This document shows positions 25,936 through 33,736 of a stretch of DNA of 64,000 nucleotides, in pieces. The notes below the pieces were generated by a model. It did no database searches. It saw only the letters and a program-made list of their open reading frames with translations, and had not been told where the DNA came from. The position numbers and the translations under genes were made by a program. Positions within the stretch are counted from its first letter, which is position 1, and the number at the start of each line of letters is the position of its first letter. Origin of the DNA: Gemmatimonadota bacterium (GTDB lineage: Bacteria; Gemmatimonadota; Gemmatimonadetes; Gemmatimonadales; GWC2-71-9); NCBI GenBank assembly GCA_003221005.1, contig QHTZ01000071.1, positions 16,443 through 80,442 on the forward strand, read 5' to 3'.

Positions 25936-26668
25936 CGGCGTAGATGCGCGTCGCCCAGCACCACCGCGTGCCGCGCTTTTCGAGGTGAATGCTCCCGTCA
26001 GCGACGAGCTCCTCGACCAGCGCGACATGCGCGAGCAGCTCTTCCGTGAGCGGATACCACTGCTCTTCCACCAGCTCGACGGCTGAGAACCGCGCACGCG
26101 CGCGCGCCAGCACCGGCGCCTCGCGCGACAGGGTGAGCACCGGGAAGACCAGGCGCCCGGCCGGGGCGAGGTAGTCGGGCGCCGCGTCCAGCACGCTGAG
26201 GACCCAGCGTGTCCCGTCCCGGCCGGCGTCGCTCGGGACCGAGCGCGGATACCATCCCGACACCCGCGCGAGCGGCTCCGCAACACCCGCCACGTCATCA
26301 ACGATGAGGTCGAAGCGCCTCCCGACCCACGGCTCGAACAGGCTCCCACGCTGGCAGTCGATGCGCACGCCCTGCCGTCGCGCGTTGTAGCGCGCGAGGC
26401 GTACCGCGGCCGCGCTCAGGTCCGACGCGCACACGTGAACGTCAGGCTCAACGCATTTCGCGAGCACGATCGCCACGATCCCGCAGCCGCACCCCAGGTC
26501 CAATAGGGCCCGGGGGCGCTGCACCAGCCCGCGCCGGGCGGCGCGCAACAGCAACATGGTCGTGGAAGTCGGATAGAAAACGTCCGCAGCCGTGGCGACG
26601 GTGATCGCCTCGGTGTCACCGAGCTTCTTGTCGCGGTAAGCAAATTCGCGCGACAGACCGGTGGTCAT
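25913..26668 (-). CDS. Class I SAM-dependent methyltransferase
   Basis: Contains motif I LLDLGCGCGIVA, an acidic post-I residue (CASDLS) and motif IV region FDLIVDDVAGV (not NPPY). Its 3' end overlaps the convergent response regulator by 23 nt. Confidence 0.75.
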   Translation of the reverse strand: MTTGLSREFAYRDKKLGDTEAITVATAADVFYPTSTTMLLLRAARRGLVQRPRALLDLGCGCGIVAIVLAKCVEPDVHVCASDLSAAAVRLARYNARRQGVRIDCQRGSLFEPWVGRRFDLIVDDVAGVAEPLARVSGWYPRSVPSDAGRDGTRWVLSVLDAAPDYLAPAGRLVFPVLTLSREAPVLARARARFSAVELVEEQWYPLTEELLAHVALVEELVADGSIHLEKRGTRWCWATRIYAASGRVRT

Positions 26669-26745
26669 GTTCGTCCTCGCCGACGGCGCACATCGGCTCG
26701 CGTGGTGCCGGGAATCGACGCCAAAATGCTGCGTCGCTCTGCTGC

Positions 26746-26774
26746 TTGACAGGCTCGACCGGCGACCCTACCGT
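26746..26774 (+). promoter_or_regulatory. Candidate sigma-70-type promoter TTGACA-N17-TACCGT
   Basis: A perfect -35, a 17-nt spacer and a TAnnnT -10 lie 56 nt upstream of ATG 26830. Confidence 0.35.
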
Positions 26775-26829
26775 GGGGCGGCGTTCGCCGCGTTCGGCTT
26801 CTCCCCCGTCGCCCTGGAGGCTCACGCGT

Positions 26830-27174
26830 ATGGACATGCTGACGGCTCTGGCAATCAGTGTCGGAGTGCTGGTTGCGGTGTGGGTAAAGGTGACCACGAT
26901 GGTCGGCATGTTCTGGTACGTCGGGGTCCTTGGCTGGGCCTGCTTTGCCGCCGCCGGGGGGAAGATGAACGGGTTGAAGAAGGTGATCGCCGCAGGCGTG
27001 GCAGGGATGTTCTGGGTGGGGGCGGGCGAGTTTCTGGTGCTCACTACCGGTGCGCTGAACTTGGAATGGGTCGCGCTGGGCGTCGCGATGTTTATCATCG
27101 TCATCGAGGCGAAGTGGTCGCTGCTTTCATTCTTACCGGCCGGGTTATGCGGCGCCGCAGTCATTGGAGCCTGA
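26830..27174 (+). CDS. DUF1097 (YcdZ-like) inner-membrane protein, short form (114 aa)
   Basis: WYVGVLGWACFAAAGGKMNGLKKV and IEAKWSLLSFLPAGLCGA parallel E. coli YcdZ segments recalled from memory. I prefer ATG 26830 (MDMLTAL). It appears to lack the last about 45 aa of YcdZ. Confidence 0.6.
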   Translation: MDMLTALAISVGVLVAVWVKVTTMVGMFWYVGVLGWACFAAAGGKMNGLKKVIAAGVAGMFWVGAGEFLVLTTGALNLEWVALGVAMFIIVIEAKWSLLSFLPAGLCGAAVIGA

Positions 27175-28303
27175 CCAAGAAGGCGTGACGCTCCGCCGCT
27201 ACGCCTGGATCACGCTCGTCGCCGCGACGAGCACCGTTGTCGGCGTCATCTGGGACATCTCCTGGCACCGCTCGATCGGCCGGGACACCTTCTGGACGCC
27301 CGCGCACCTCGCGATCTACCTCGGGGGTGCGCTGGCGGGCGGGTCGTGCGGGTGGCTGGTGCTGCGGACGACGTTCGCCGGCACGTCCGAGGAGCGGACG
27401 GCCGGCGTTCGTTTTTGGGGATTCCACGGTCCGCTGGGCGCCTGGCTGTGCATCTGGGGCGCCCTGGCGATGCTCACCTCGGCTCCGCTCGACAACTGGT
27501 GGCACAACGCGTACGGCCTCGACGTCAAGGTCCTCTCGCCACCGCACACGCTGCTCGCCCTCGGCATGTGGGCGATCCAACTGGGAGCGCTGCTGCTGGC
27601 GGCGGCGCAGCAGAACGGCGCCACGGACGGCGGAACGCTCCGCGCCAGCGGCGTGATGGTCGCGTACCTCGCCGGGATCCTGCTCCAGAACGCAGCCATC
27701 CTTGGCATCGAGCAGGTCGGCTTCCCCAACGGCGCGCACAACGCGTTGTACTACCAGTTCGCTGGCGGCGTCTTCCCGCTTGTCCTCGTCGCCGCCGGGC
27801 GGGCCGCGCGCCTGCGATGGCCGGCGACGGCGGCGGCGGCCGCATACATGGCGATTTCCCTAGTCATGGGCTGGACCCTCCAGCTCTTCCCTGCGACACC
27901 CAAGCTCGCGCCCGTCTTCAACCCGCTCACGCACATGGTCCCCGCGCCATTCCCGCTGCTGCTCGTCGCGCCAGCCGTCGCCATCGACGTGCTGCTACGC
28001 CGCTTCGGCCCACGCCGCGACTGGGTCCTGTCGGCGCTGAGTGGCGTCGCGTTTCTCGCGGTCTTCTTCGCCGTCCAATGGCTGTTCACAGAGTTCCTGC
28101 TCTCCCCGTACGCCCGCAACTTCTTCTTCGGCGTGGATCGGTGGGATTACTCGAGCCGGCTGGGGCCCTGGCGCTACGAGTTCTGGCGCGTTCAGGCCGA
28201 CCCCGTCACACCGCGTGCGCTCGGTCTCGCACTGCTGCTGGCCGTCGGCTCGGCGCGGTTCGGAATGTGGTGGGGCAACTGGGCGGCGCGCGTGAGGCGG
28301 TGA
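27164..28303 (+). CDS. Polytopic membrane protein with conserved-looking Trp/His motifs (family not recognised)
   Basis: About 10 TM segments. Motifs are WDISWHRSIGRDTFWTPAHL and DNWWHNAYGLDVKVLSPPH. The start is TTG 27164 or GTG 27185. Its stop overlaps the next gene (GTGA). Confidence 0.65.
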   Translation: MEPDQEGVTLRRYAWITLVAATSTVVGVIWDISWHRSIGRDTFWTPAHLAIYLGGALAGGSCGWLVLRTTFAGTSEERTAGVRFWGFHGPLGAWLCIWGALAMLTSAPLDNWWHNAYGLDVKVLSPPHTLLALGMWAIQLGALLLAAAQQNGATDGGTLRASGVMVAYLAGILLQNAAILGIEQVGFPNGAHNALYYQFAGGVFPLVLVAAGRAARLRWPATAAAAAYMAISLVMGWTLQLFPATPKLAPVFNPLTHMVPAPFPLLLVAPAVAIDVLLRRFGPRRDWVLSALSGVAFLAVFFAVQWLFTEFLLSPYARNFFFGVDRWDYSSRLGPWRYEFWRVQADPVTPRALGLALLLAVGSARFGMWWGNWAARVRR

Positions 28304-29841
28304 AGCGCACGCTCGGCCGCCTGCTCACGCTGGGCGCCGTAGCGTTCGCGGCGTCGGCACACGTCGGGAGCCCGGACACCTACTTCGAAGGTGCCGCCGG
28401 GGATTACCCGATCCGCGTGATCATCCGCAGCCCCGGCGTCGTGCCCGGGCTCGCCCAAATCACCGTCCGCGTCCTCGCTCCGAGGTTGGTCCGCCGCGTG
28501 TTGGCCCTGCCCGTGTACTGGGACCCGCGCACCGCGGCCCCGCCGCCGCCAGACGTCGCCGAGCGCGTACCAGGCGACCCGACGCTCTACAGCGCTGCGT
28601 TGTGGCTGATGCGCGGGGGCTCGTACAGCGTGCAGGTGACGATCGAAGGCGATCGAGGAACCGGAGTCGCGCTCGTCCCCGTGCAGGCCGTGGCCACGAG
28701 ACGCCTCGACCTGCCGACGCCACTCGCCGCCCTCCTCGCCGGTCTCGGCGTCCTTCTCCTGGCCGGCGCCGTCACCGTCGTGGGCGCCGCCGTCCGGGAG
28801 AGCGTGCTCGACCCTGGCGTGATGCCCGACCGGCGCCGCACCTGGTACGCCCGCGCCGCCATGGCGGCGAGCGTCGTAGTGTTCGCCCTACTCCTGGTCG
28901 GCGCGCGCGCCTGGTGGCGCGCGGTGGACGCGGCGTACCGGACGGGACTCTACCGGCCGCCCCACGCGAGTGCCGCCGTGCGGTCCGTGGGTGGCGCGGC
29001 GACGCTGCGCTTCGCGATCGACGACAGCTTATGGACGAACCCGAACCGCCGGTGGTCACCCCTGATCCCGGACCACGGCCATCTGATGCACCTGTTCCTG
29101 ATCCGCGATTCGAGCCTGGACGCGTTCGCGCATCTCCATCCGCTGCCACGCGACTCGACCACGTTCGAGACGCACCTCCCACCCCTCCCAGCCGGCCGAT
29201 ACCGCGTCTACGCGGACATCGTACACGAGAGCGGATTCGCGCAGACACTCACCGCGGGTGTGGATCTGGGTGCTCCGGGTGGGGCGTGGCATGCCTCCGA
29301 TCCAGATGATGCGTTCATCGCTGATGAATCAGGGAAGAGGGACCGGGGAAGGGGGAAGGGTACCACCTTCGCGCTCGCTGATGGGTCTACGATGACTTGG
29401 GACAGCGGAGCCCAGGCGATTGTCGTGGACCGGGAAGCGCCGCTCCGCTTCCGCGTGCGCACGCGCGGCGGCGGGCCGGCAGCGCTCGAACCGTACATGC
29501 GGATGGCAGGCCACCTGATGCTGACGCGCTTGGACGGCGCGGTGTTCGTGCATCTGCACCCCGCCGGAACAATTTCACTCGCCTCCCAGGAAACGTTTCT
29601 GCTGCGGCAGCCCGGGGACACGACGAGAGGTGCGTTGGGGGCGCGGCTGAGCCAGTACGAGAGTGCGGCTACGACCCACGCCGGGATGATCTCACTCGAC
29701 GGGAGCGTATCCTTCCCCTACGCGTTCCCTCAGCCGGGCCGCTACCGGCTGTGGGTGCAAGTCAAGCGAGCCGGGCGGATCCTGACGGGAGTGTTCGACG
29801 CCGAGGTGGTCACCGCCGCGGGCGCGCGTACCGTCCCATGA
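28300..29841 (+). CDS. Secreted/membrane protein: YcnI (DUF1775)-like N-terminal domain, two TM helices, two FxHLHP-containing domains
   Basis: This is the in-frame C-terminal 513 aa of the listed 831-aa ORF. It has a GTG start, signal peptide KRTLGRLLTLGAVAFAASA and predicted mature N-terminus HVGSPD. TM segments are LAALLAGLGVLLLAGAVTVVGAAV and AMAASVVVFALLLVGA. Repeated motifs are DHGHLMHLF...FAHLHP and MAGHLML...FVHLHP. Confidence 0.6.
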   Translation: MKRTLGRLLTLGAVAFAASAHVGSPDTYFEGAAGDYPIRVIIRSPGVVPGLAQITVRVLAPRLVRRVLALPVYWDPRTAAPPPPDVAERVPGDPTLYSAALWLMRGGSYSVQVTIEGDRGTGVALVPVQAVATRRLDLPTPLAALLAGLGVLLLAGAVTVVGAAVRESVLDPGVMPDRRRTWYARAAMAASVVVFALLLVGARAWWRAVDAAYRTGLYRPPHASAAVRSVGGAATLRFAIDDSLWTNPNRRWSPLIPDHGHLMHLFLIRDSSLDAFAHLHPLPRDSTTFETHLPPLPAGRYRVYADIVHESGFAQTLTAGVDLGAPGGAWHASDPDDAFIADESGKRDRGRGKGTTFALADGSTMTWDSGAQAIVVDREAPLRFRVRTRGGGPAALEPYMRMAGHLMLTRLDGAVFVHLHPAGTISLASQETFLLRQPGDTTRGALGARLSQYESAATTHAGMISLDGSVSFPYAFPQPGRYRLWVQVKRAGRILTGVFDAEVVTAAGARTVP

Positions 29842-30367
29842 GCTGTGCCGTCGCGAGCACGTGCCCGTTCATGGCGCGCTCGACGTCGCTTTTGGTCGCG
29901 CCCGGCTTGAGGCCGAGCTTCGTGGCGAGGGCGTACAACTTGAAGAAGTAGCGGTGCGCGGGGCCTGGGGGCGGGCACGGCCCGCCGTAGCCCAGCCGCC
30001 GGAAGTCGTTCTTCCCCTGCACCGCGCCGCCGAGCTCACTCGGCGTCTCCACCTTCGCGACGTTCTCGGGCGTGGCAGTGATCGTCGCGGGCAGGTCGTA
30101 GAGGACCCAGTGCACCCAGGTGCCCGCGGGAGCGTCGGGGTCATCGACAATCAGGGCGAAGGCGGCGGTCCCGGCGGGCGCGCCGCGCCAGCTGAGCGCC
30201 GGCGAGACATCCGCTCCGTCGCAGGTGTGTCGGGTGGGGATCGCGTCCCCTTCCTGGAACGCACTACTCGTGAGCGACAGCGCCATCCGTCCCTCCCGCG
30301 CCGCGACGAGTGTGAGCGCCGCGACGCAGAATTGAAATGATTGAAATGGGAGCCAGCGCAGCATCAC
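29810..30367 (-). CDS. YbhB/YbcL-family PEBP (Raf kinase inhibitor-like) protein
   Basis: Contains DDPDAPAGTWVHW, GYGGPCPPPGPAHRYFFKLYAL. The start is ambiguous: GTG/ATG 30367/30364 gives a signal-like leader, and ATG 30286 (MALSL) follows GGGAGGG. Its 3' end overlaps the convergent upstream gene by 32 nt. Confidence 0.8.
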   Translation of the reverse strand: MMLRWLPFQSFQFCVAALTLVAAREGRMALSLTSSAFQEGDAIPTRHTCDGADVSPALSWRGAPAGTAAFALIVDDPDAPAGTWVHWVLYDLPATITATPENVAKVETPSELGGAVQGKNDFRRLGYGGPCPPPGPAHRYFFKLYALATKLGLKPGATKSDVERAMNGHVLATAQLMGRYARPRR

Positions 30368-30447
30368 AGGCCTCCATCCGCGGGCGAGGTCACCGAATCT
30401 AGCGACGGTCTGTCGCTCGGCTAGACGCGCTTGTACTGTTCACCCCC

Positions 30448-31425
30448 ATGAACGCCTCAACGCCTCCCGCCACCTACAAGCTCGGGCTCGTCCAGATGGC
30501 GATGTCGCCCGAGCCCGCCCGCAATGTCGAGAAGGCTGTGGCCAAGGTGGCGGAAGCCGCTCGCGCCGGCGCGCGGCTCGTGTGCCTCCCCGAGCTGTTC
30601 CGCTCTCTCTACTTCGCGCAGCGCGAGGACGCCGCGCTCTTTGATCTCGCGGAGCCGGTGCCGGGCCCGACCACGGAGGCTCTCGCCCGCGCCGCTCGGC
30701 AGGCCGGCGTCGTGGTGATCGCCCCGGTGTTCGAACGACGCGCGCCCGGACTGTATCACAACAGCGCGGCCGTGATCGACGCCGACGGTCAAGTGGTAGG
30801 GTTGTACCGCAAGATGCACATTCCCGACGACCCCGCGTATTACGAGAAATTCTACTTCACCCCGGGCGACCTGGGGTTCCGCGCCTTCGACACGCGCGTG
30901 GGAAGGATCGGCACGCTGGTGTGCTGGGATCAGTGGTATCCCGAAGCTGCGCGGCTCACGGCGCTCCAGGGCGCGCACATCCTTTGCTACCCGACGGCCA
31001 TCGGCTGGCATCCCAGCGAGAAGACGGTCCACGGCGCCGAGCAGCTCGAGGCCTGGCGCACCATCCAACGCAGCCACGCGATCGCCAACGGGCTCTATGT
31101 CGCCGCCGTGAACCGCGTCGGCCTCGAGCGCCCCGACCGGGCCGCCGGGGGGGACGGTGGCGGGATCGAGTTCTGGGGCAGCTCTTTCCTCGTGGATCCG
31201 TTCGGCACGGTCGTGGCGCAGGCGCCGCCGGACCGCGAGACGGTGCTGATCGGCGAGGTAGACCTCGCGCGCCTCGAAGAGGTACGCCGCGGCTGGCCGT
31301 TCCTGCGCGATCGGCGCATCGATGCGTATGGAGGGATCAGCAGTCGCTTCCTGGACGAGCAGCCTGCAGCGGTAAGCAGTCAGCCATCAACAGCCAACAG
31401 ACGCCGTCGCAGCGCTGACGGCTGA
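30448..31425 (+). CDS. aguB: N-carbamoylputrescine amidase (carbon-nitrogen hydrolase family)
   Basis: Nitrilase-superfamily catalytic triad context is present (CLPELF; YRKMHIP; LVCWDQWYPE). It lies immediately upstream of agmatine deiminase. Confidence 0.8.
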   Translation: MNASTPPATYKLGLVQMAMSPEPARNVEKAVAKVAEAARAGARLVCLPELFRSLYFAQREDAALFDLAEPVPGPTTEALARAARQAGVVVIAPVFERRAPGLYHNSAAVIDADGQVVGLYRKMHIPDDPAYYEKFYFTPGDLGFRAFDTRVGRIGTLVCWDQWYPEAARLTALQGAHILCYPTAIGWHPSEKTVHGAEQLEAWRTIQRSHAIANGLYVAAVNRVGLERPDRAAGGDGGGIEFWGSSFLVDPFGTVVAQAPPDRETVLIGEVDLARLEEVRRGWPFLRDRRIDAYGGISSRFLDEQPAAVSSQPSTANRRRRSADG

Positions 31426-31431
31426 GAGCTG

Positions 31432-32502
31432 ATGCCTGAGAGCGCTTCGTCCCTCGGCTTCCGCATGCCCGCCGAGTGGGAACGGCACGAGGCGACCTGG
31501 ATCGGGTGGCCCCACAACGCCAGCGACTGGCCGGGCAAGATGGCGGCGATCCCGTGGGTCTACGCGGAGATCGTGCGCAAGCTCGCGCAGGGTGAGGTCG
31601 TGCGGACCCTGGTCAACTCAGGCGCGCACGAGCGACGGGCCCGCGCCGTCCTGGCCCGGTCGGGCGTGCCTCGGGAGCGCGTCGAGTTCCTCCGGTTCCC
31701 CACGAACCGCGGCTGGACCCGCGATTTCGGGCCTTGTTTCCTGCGGCGCACCGGTCCCAGATCGCCCGCCGAGGTGGCCATCGCCCGCTTCCGCTTCACC
31801 GCCTGGGCCAAGTATCCCGACTGGAAAAAGGACGACCGGATCCCCGAGCGTGTGGCGCGGCGCTTCAGGCTGAAGGTGTTCCGCGCACGGGCAGGAGACC
31901 GGGACGTCGTGCTCGAGGGCGGCAGCATCGACGTGAACGGCCGGGGCACCCTGCTGACGACCGAGGAGTGTCTGCTCGATCCGAGGGTCCAGGTGCGAAA
32001 CCCCGCACTGGGGCGCCGCGAGTTGGAGGACGTGCTTCGCGCCTGCCTCGGCGTGACGAACGTTCTCTGGCTCGGCAGGGGAATTGTAGGCGACGACACG
32101 CACGGACACGTCGATGACCTGTGCCGCTTCGTCGGTCCCCGCACGGTGGTGCTGTGCCGCGAGACCGATCCGCGCGACGCCAACTACCGGGCGCTCGAGG
32201 AGAACCGCGAGCGGCTCGAGGGAATGCGCGCGGAGGACGGCGCAAAACTCGAGGTGATCGCGCTCCCCATGCCCGCGCCGTTGTATTGCGACGGCACGCG
32301 GCTCCCCGCGAGCTACGCCAATTTCTATGCGGCCAACGCCGCGGTGCTGGTTCCCACCTTCAACGACCAGAACGATCGCGTGGCGCTCGGCCTACTCGCC
32401 GAACTGTTCCGCGACCGTCCGGTCGTAGGGATTCACGCCGTGGACCTGGTGTGGGGACTCGGGACCATTCACTGCCTCACGCAACAGCAGCCCGCCCCGT
32501 GA
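31432..32502 (+). CDS. aguA: Agmatine deiminase
   Basis: Contains MPAEWERHEATWIGWPH, GGSIDVNGRGTLLTTEECLL, HVDDLCRF and the C-terminal catalytic Cys context GTIHCLTQQQP. Confidence 0.9.
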   Translation: MPESASSLGFRMPAEWERHEATWIGWPHNASDWPGKMAAIPWVYAEIVRKLAQGEVVRTLVNSGAHERRARAVLARSGVPRERVEFLRFPTNRGWTRDFGPCFLRRTGPRSPAEVAIARFRFTAWAKYPDWKKDDRIPERVARRFRLKVFRARAGDRDVVLEGGSIDVNGRGTLLTTEECLLDPRVQVRNPALGRRELEDVLRACLGVTNVLWLGRGIVGDDTHGHVDDLCRFVGPRTVVLCRETDPRDANYRALEENRERLEGMRAEDGAKLEVIALPMPAPLYCDGTRLPASYANFYAANAAVLVPTFNDQNDRVALGLLAELFRDRPVVGIHAVDLVWGLGTIHCLTQQQPAP

Positions 32503-33736
32503 CCTCGCCGCACCAGGCGGCGTAGGTCCAGATCGCACCGCTGACGAGCACCGCTACAGGAAGGATCAAGACCGCGCGCGCGAGCGAGCTGGCATCCGAG
32601 ATCGCGCCGACGACCGTTGGGGAGGGCACATCGCCCAGCACGTGGATCGTGAAAATGCTTGCCGCCATCGCCGTGGCCCGGATCCCTGGCGCCACGGCGT
32701 TCACGATCGCCGAATTGATCGGGCCCGTGGAAGTGAACAGCAGGATCTCGGCGACGACGATCCCGGTCCAATAGACGGCCGGCGTGCCCGACGCGAGCGC
32801 GAGGAATGCGATGGGAGCAGCGACGAGCGTGGCGACTCCCGAGATCCACAGATAAGCCTGTCGCGTCAACGGCAGCAGCCGGTCTCCGATCCAGCCGCCC
32901 GCAAACGTGCCGAGGAAGCCGGTTGCCGCGAGACTGATGCCGGACCACAGCGTCGCCGGTCCCTCGGGAAGCGCTCGCACACGGATCAGAAATTTTGGCA
33001 GGAAGACCGCCATGCCCCCGAGCGCGAACGTGTAGGCGGCGTACCCGAGGACGGTCAGGACGTAGGGGCGATTGCGCAGCAGCGCGGCGTACGCTGTCCG
33101 CACGGCTCCCGCCGTGATGCGCTCGCCCACGTACTCGCTGTCGCACACGCCGCGCGGCGGATCCGGCAGCCGCAGCGCCAGGGCCGCGAGTGCTAGCCCT
33201 GGCACGCCCGCGACGAAGAACGCGCTACGCCACCCGAAGTGCACGTCCACCTGGCCACCGACTACGTAACCCAGCGCGGAGCCGATCGGGATCGCCGCGA
33301 AGAAAATGGAGAACACCCGGCCGCGATGGGAGCGGGGGTAGTAGTCCGCGAGCAGGCTCGGCGCGATGGTCCCGTAGGCCGCCTCGCCCACTCCCACCAG
33401 CGCGCGCGCGACGAGCAGGCTCGCAAATCCCCACGCGAGGCCCCCCAGGGCGGTCGCCAGACTCCAGAGGAAAATGCCGAGGGCGATGAGCCGGGTGCGG
33501 GAGCGAGTATCGCCCAGCGTCCCGAACAGCGGGGCGGCGAGCATATACACGACGATGAAGCCGCTCGCGAGCACACCGAACTGCGTGTCCGTGACGTGGA
33601 GCGGCGAGCGCGTCAGGCTCTCCCCAAGCGCCGCCAGCACGTAGCGGTCGAGGTAATTGAACAGATTGACTAGCGTCAGGACCGCGAGGCCCCAGCGCAC
33701 GCGGAGCGCTGTCGCTACAGGTTGCGCTTCAGCCAA
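32477..33736 (-). CDS. MFS transporter (Spinster-like)
   Basis: 12-TM pattern with MFS motif A GTLGDTRSRTRL and LVARALVGVGEAAY. Its 3' end overlaps aguA by 26 nt. Confidence 0.85.
   Translation of the reverse strand: MAEAQPVATALRVRWGLAVLTLVNLFNYLDRYVLAALGESLTRSPLHVTDTQFGVLASGFIVVYMLAAPLFGTLGDTRSRTRLIALGIFLWSLATALGGLAWGFASLLVARALVGVGEAAYGTIAPSLLADYYPRSHRGRVFSIFFAAIPIGSALGYVVGGQVDVHFGWRSAFFVAGVPGLALAALALRLPDPPRGVCDSEYVGERITAGAVRTAYAALLRNRPYVLTVLGYAAYTFALGGMAVFLPKFLIRVRALPEGPATLWSGISLAATGFLGTFAGGWIGDRLLPLTRQAYLWISGVATLVAAPIAFLALASGTPAVYWTGIVVAEILLFTSTGPINSAIVNAVAPGIRATAMAASIFTIHVLGDVPSPTVVGAISDASSLARAVLILPVAVLVSGAIWTYAAWCGEVTGRAAVA

Noticed and set aside
27346-28299. The N-terminal 318 codons of the listed 831-aa ORF 27346-29841.
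   Set aside because: This part is out of frame with, and entirely inside, the polytopic membrane protein gene, and it is Arg/Pro-rich. A GTG at 28300 followed by a good signal peptide, with a GTGA overlap to the upstream stop, gives a coherent 513-aa protein.
30331-30348. A 9-bp perfect tandem duplication (ATTGAAATG x2) in an AT-rich patch.
   Set aside because: It encodes FQSFQF within the putative signal or leader region of the PEBP gene, or lies in its 5' UTR if ATG 30286 is used. It is too short to call a repeat element, and I found no regulatory motif in it.
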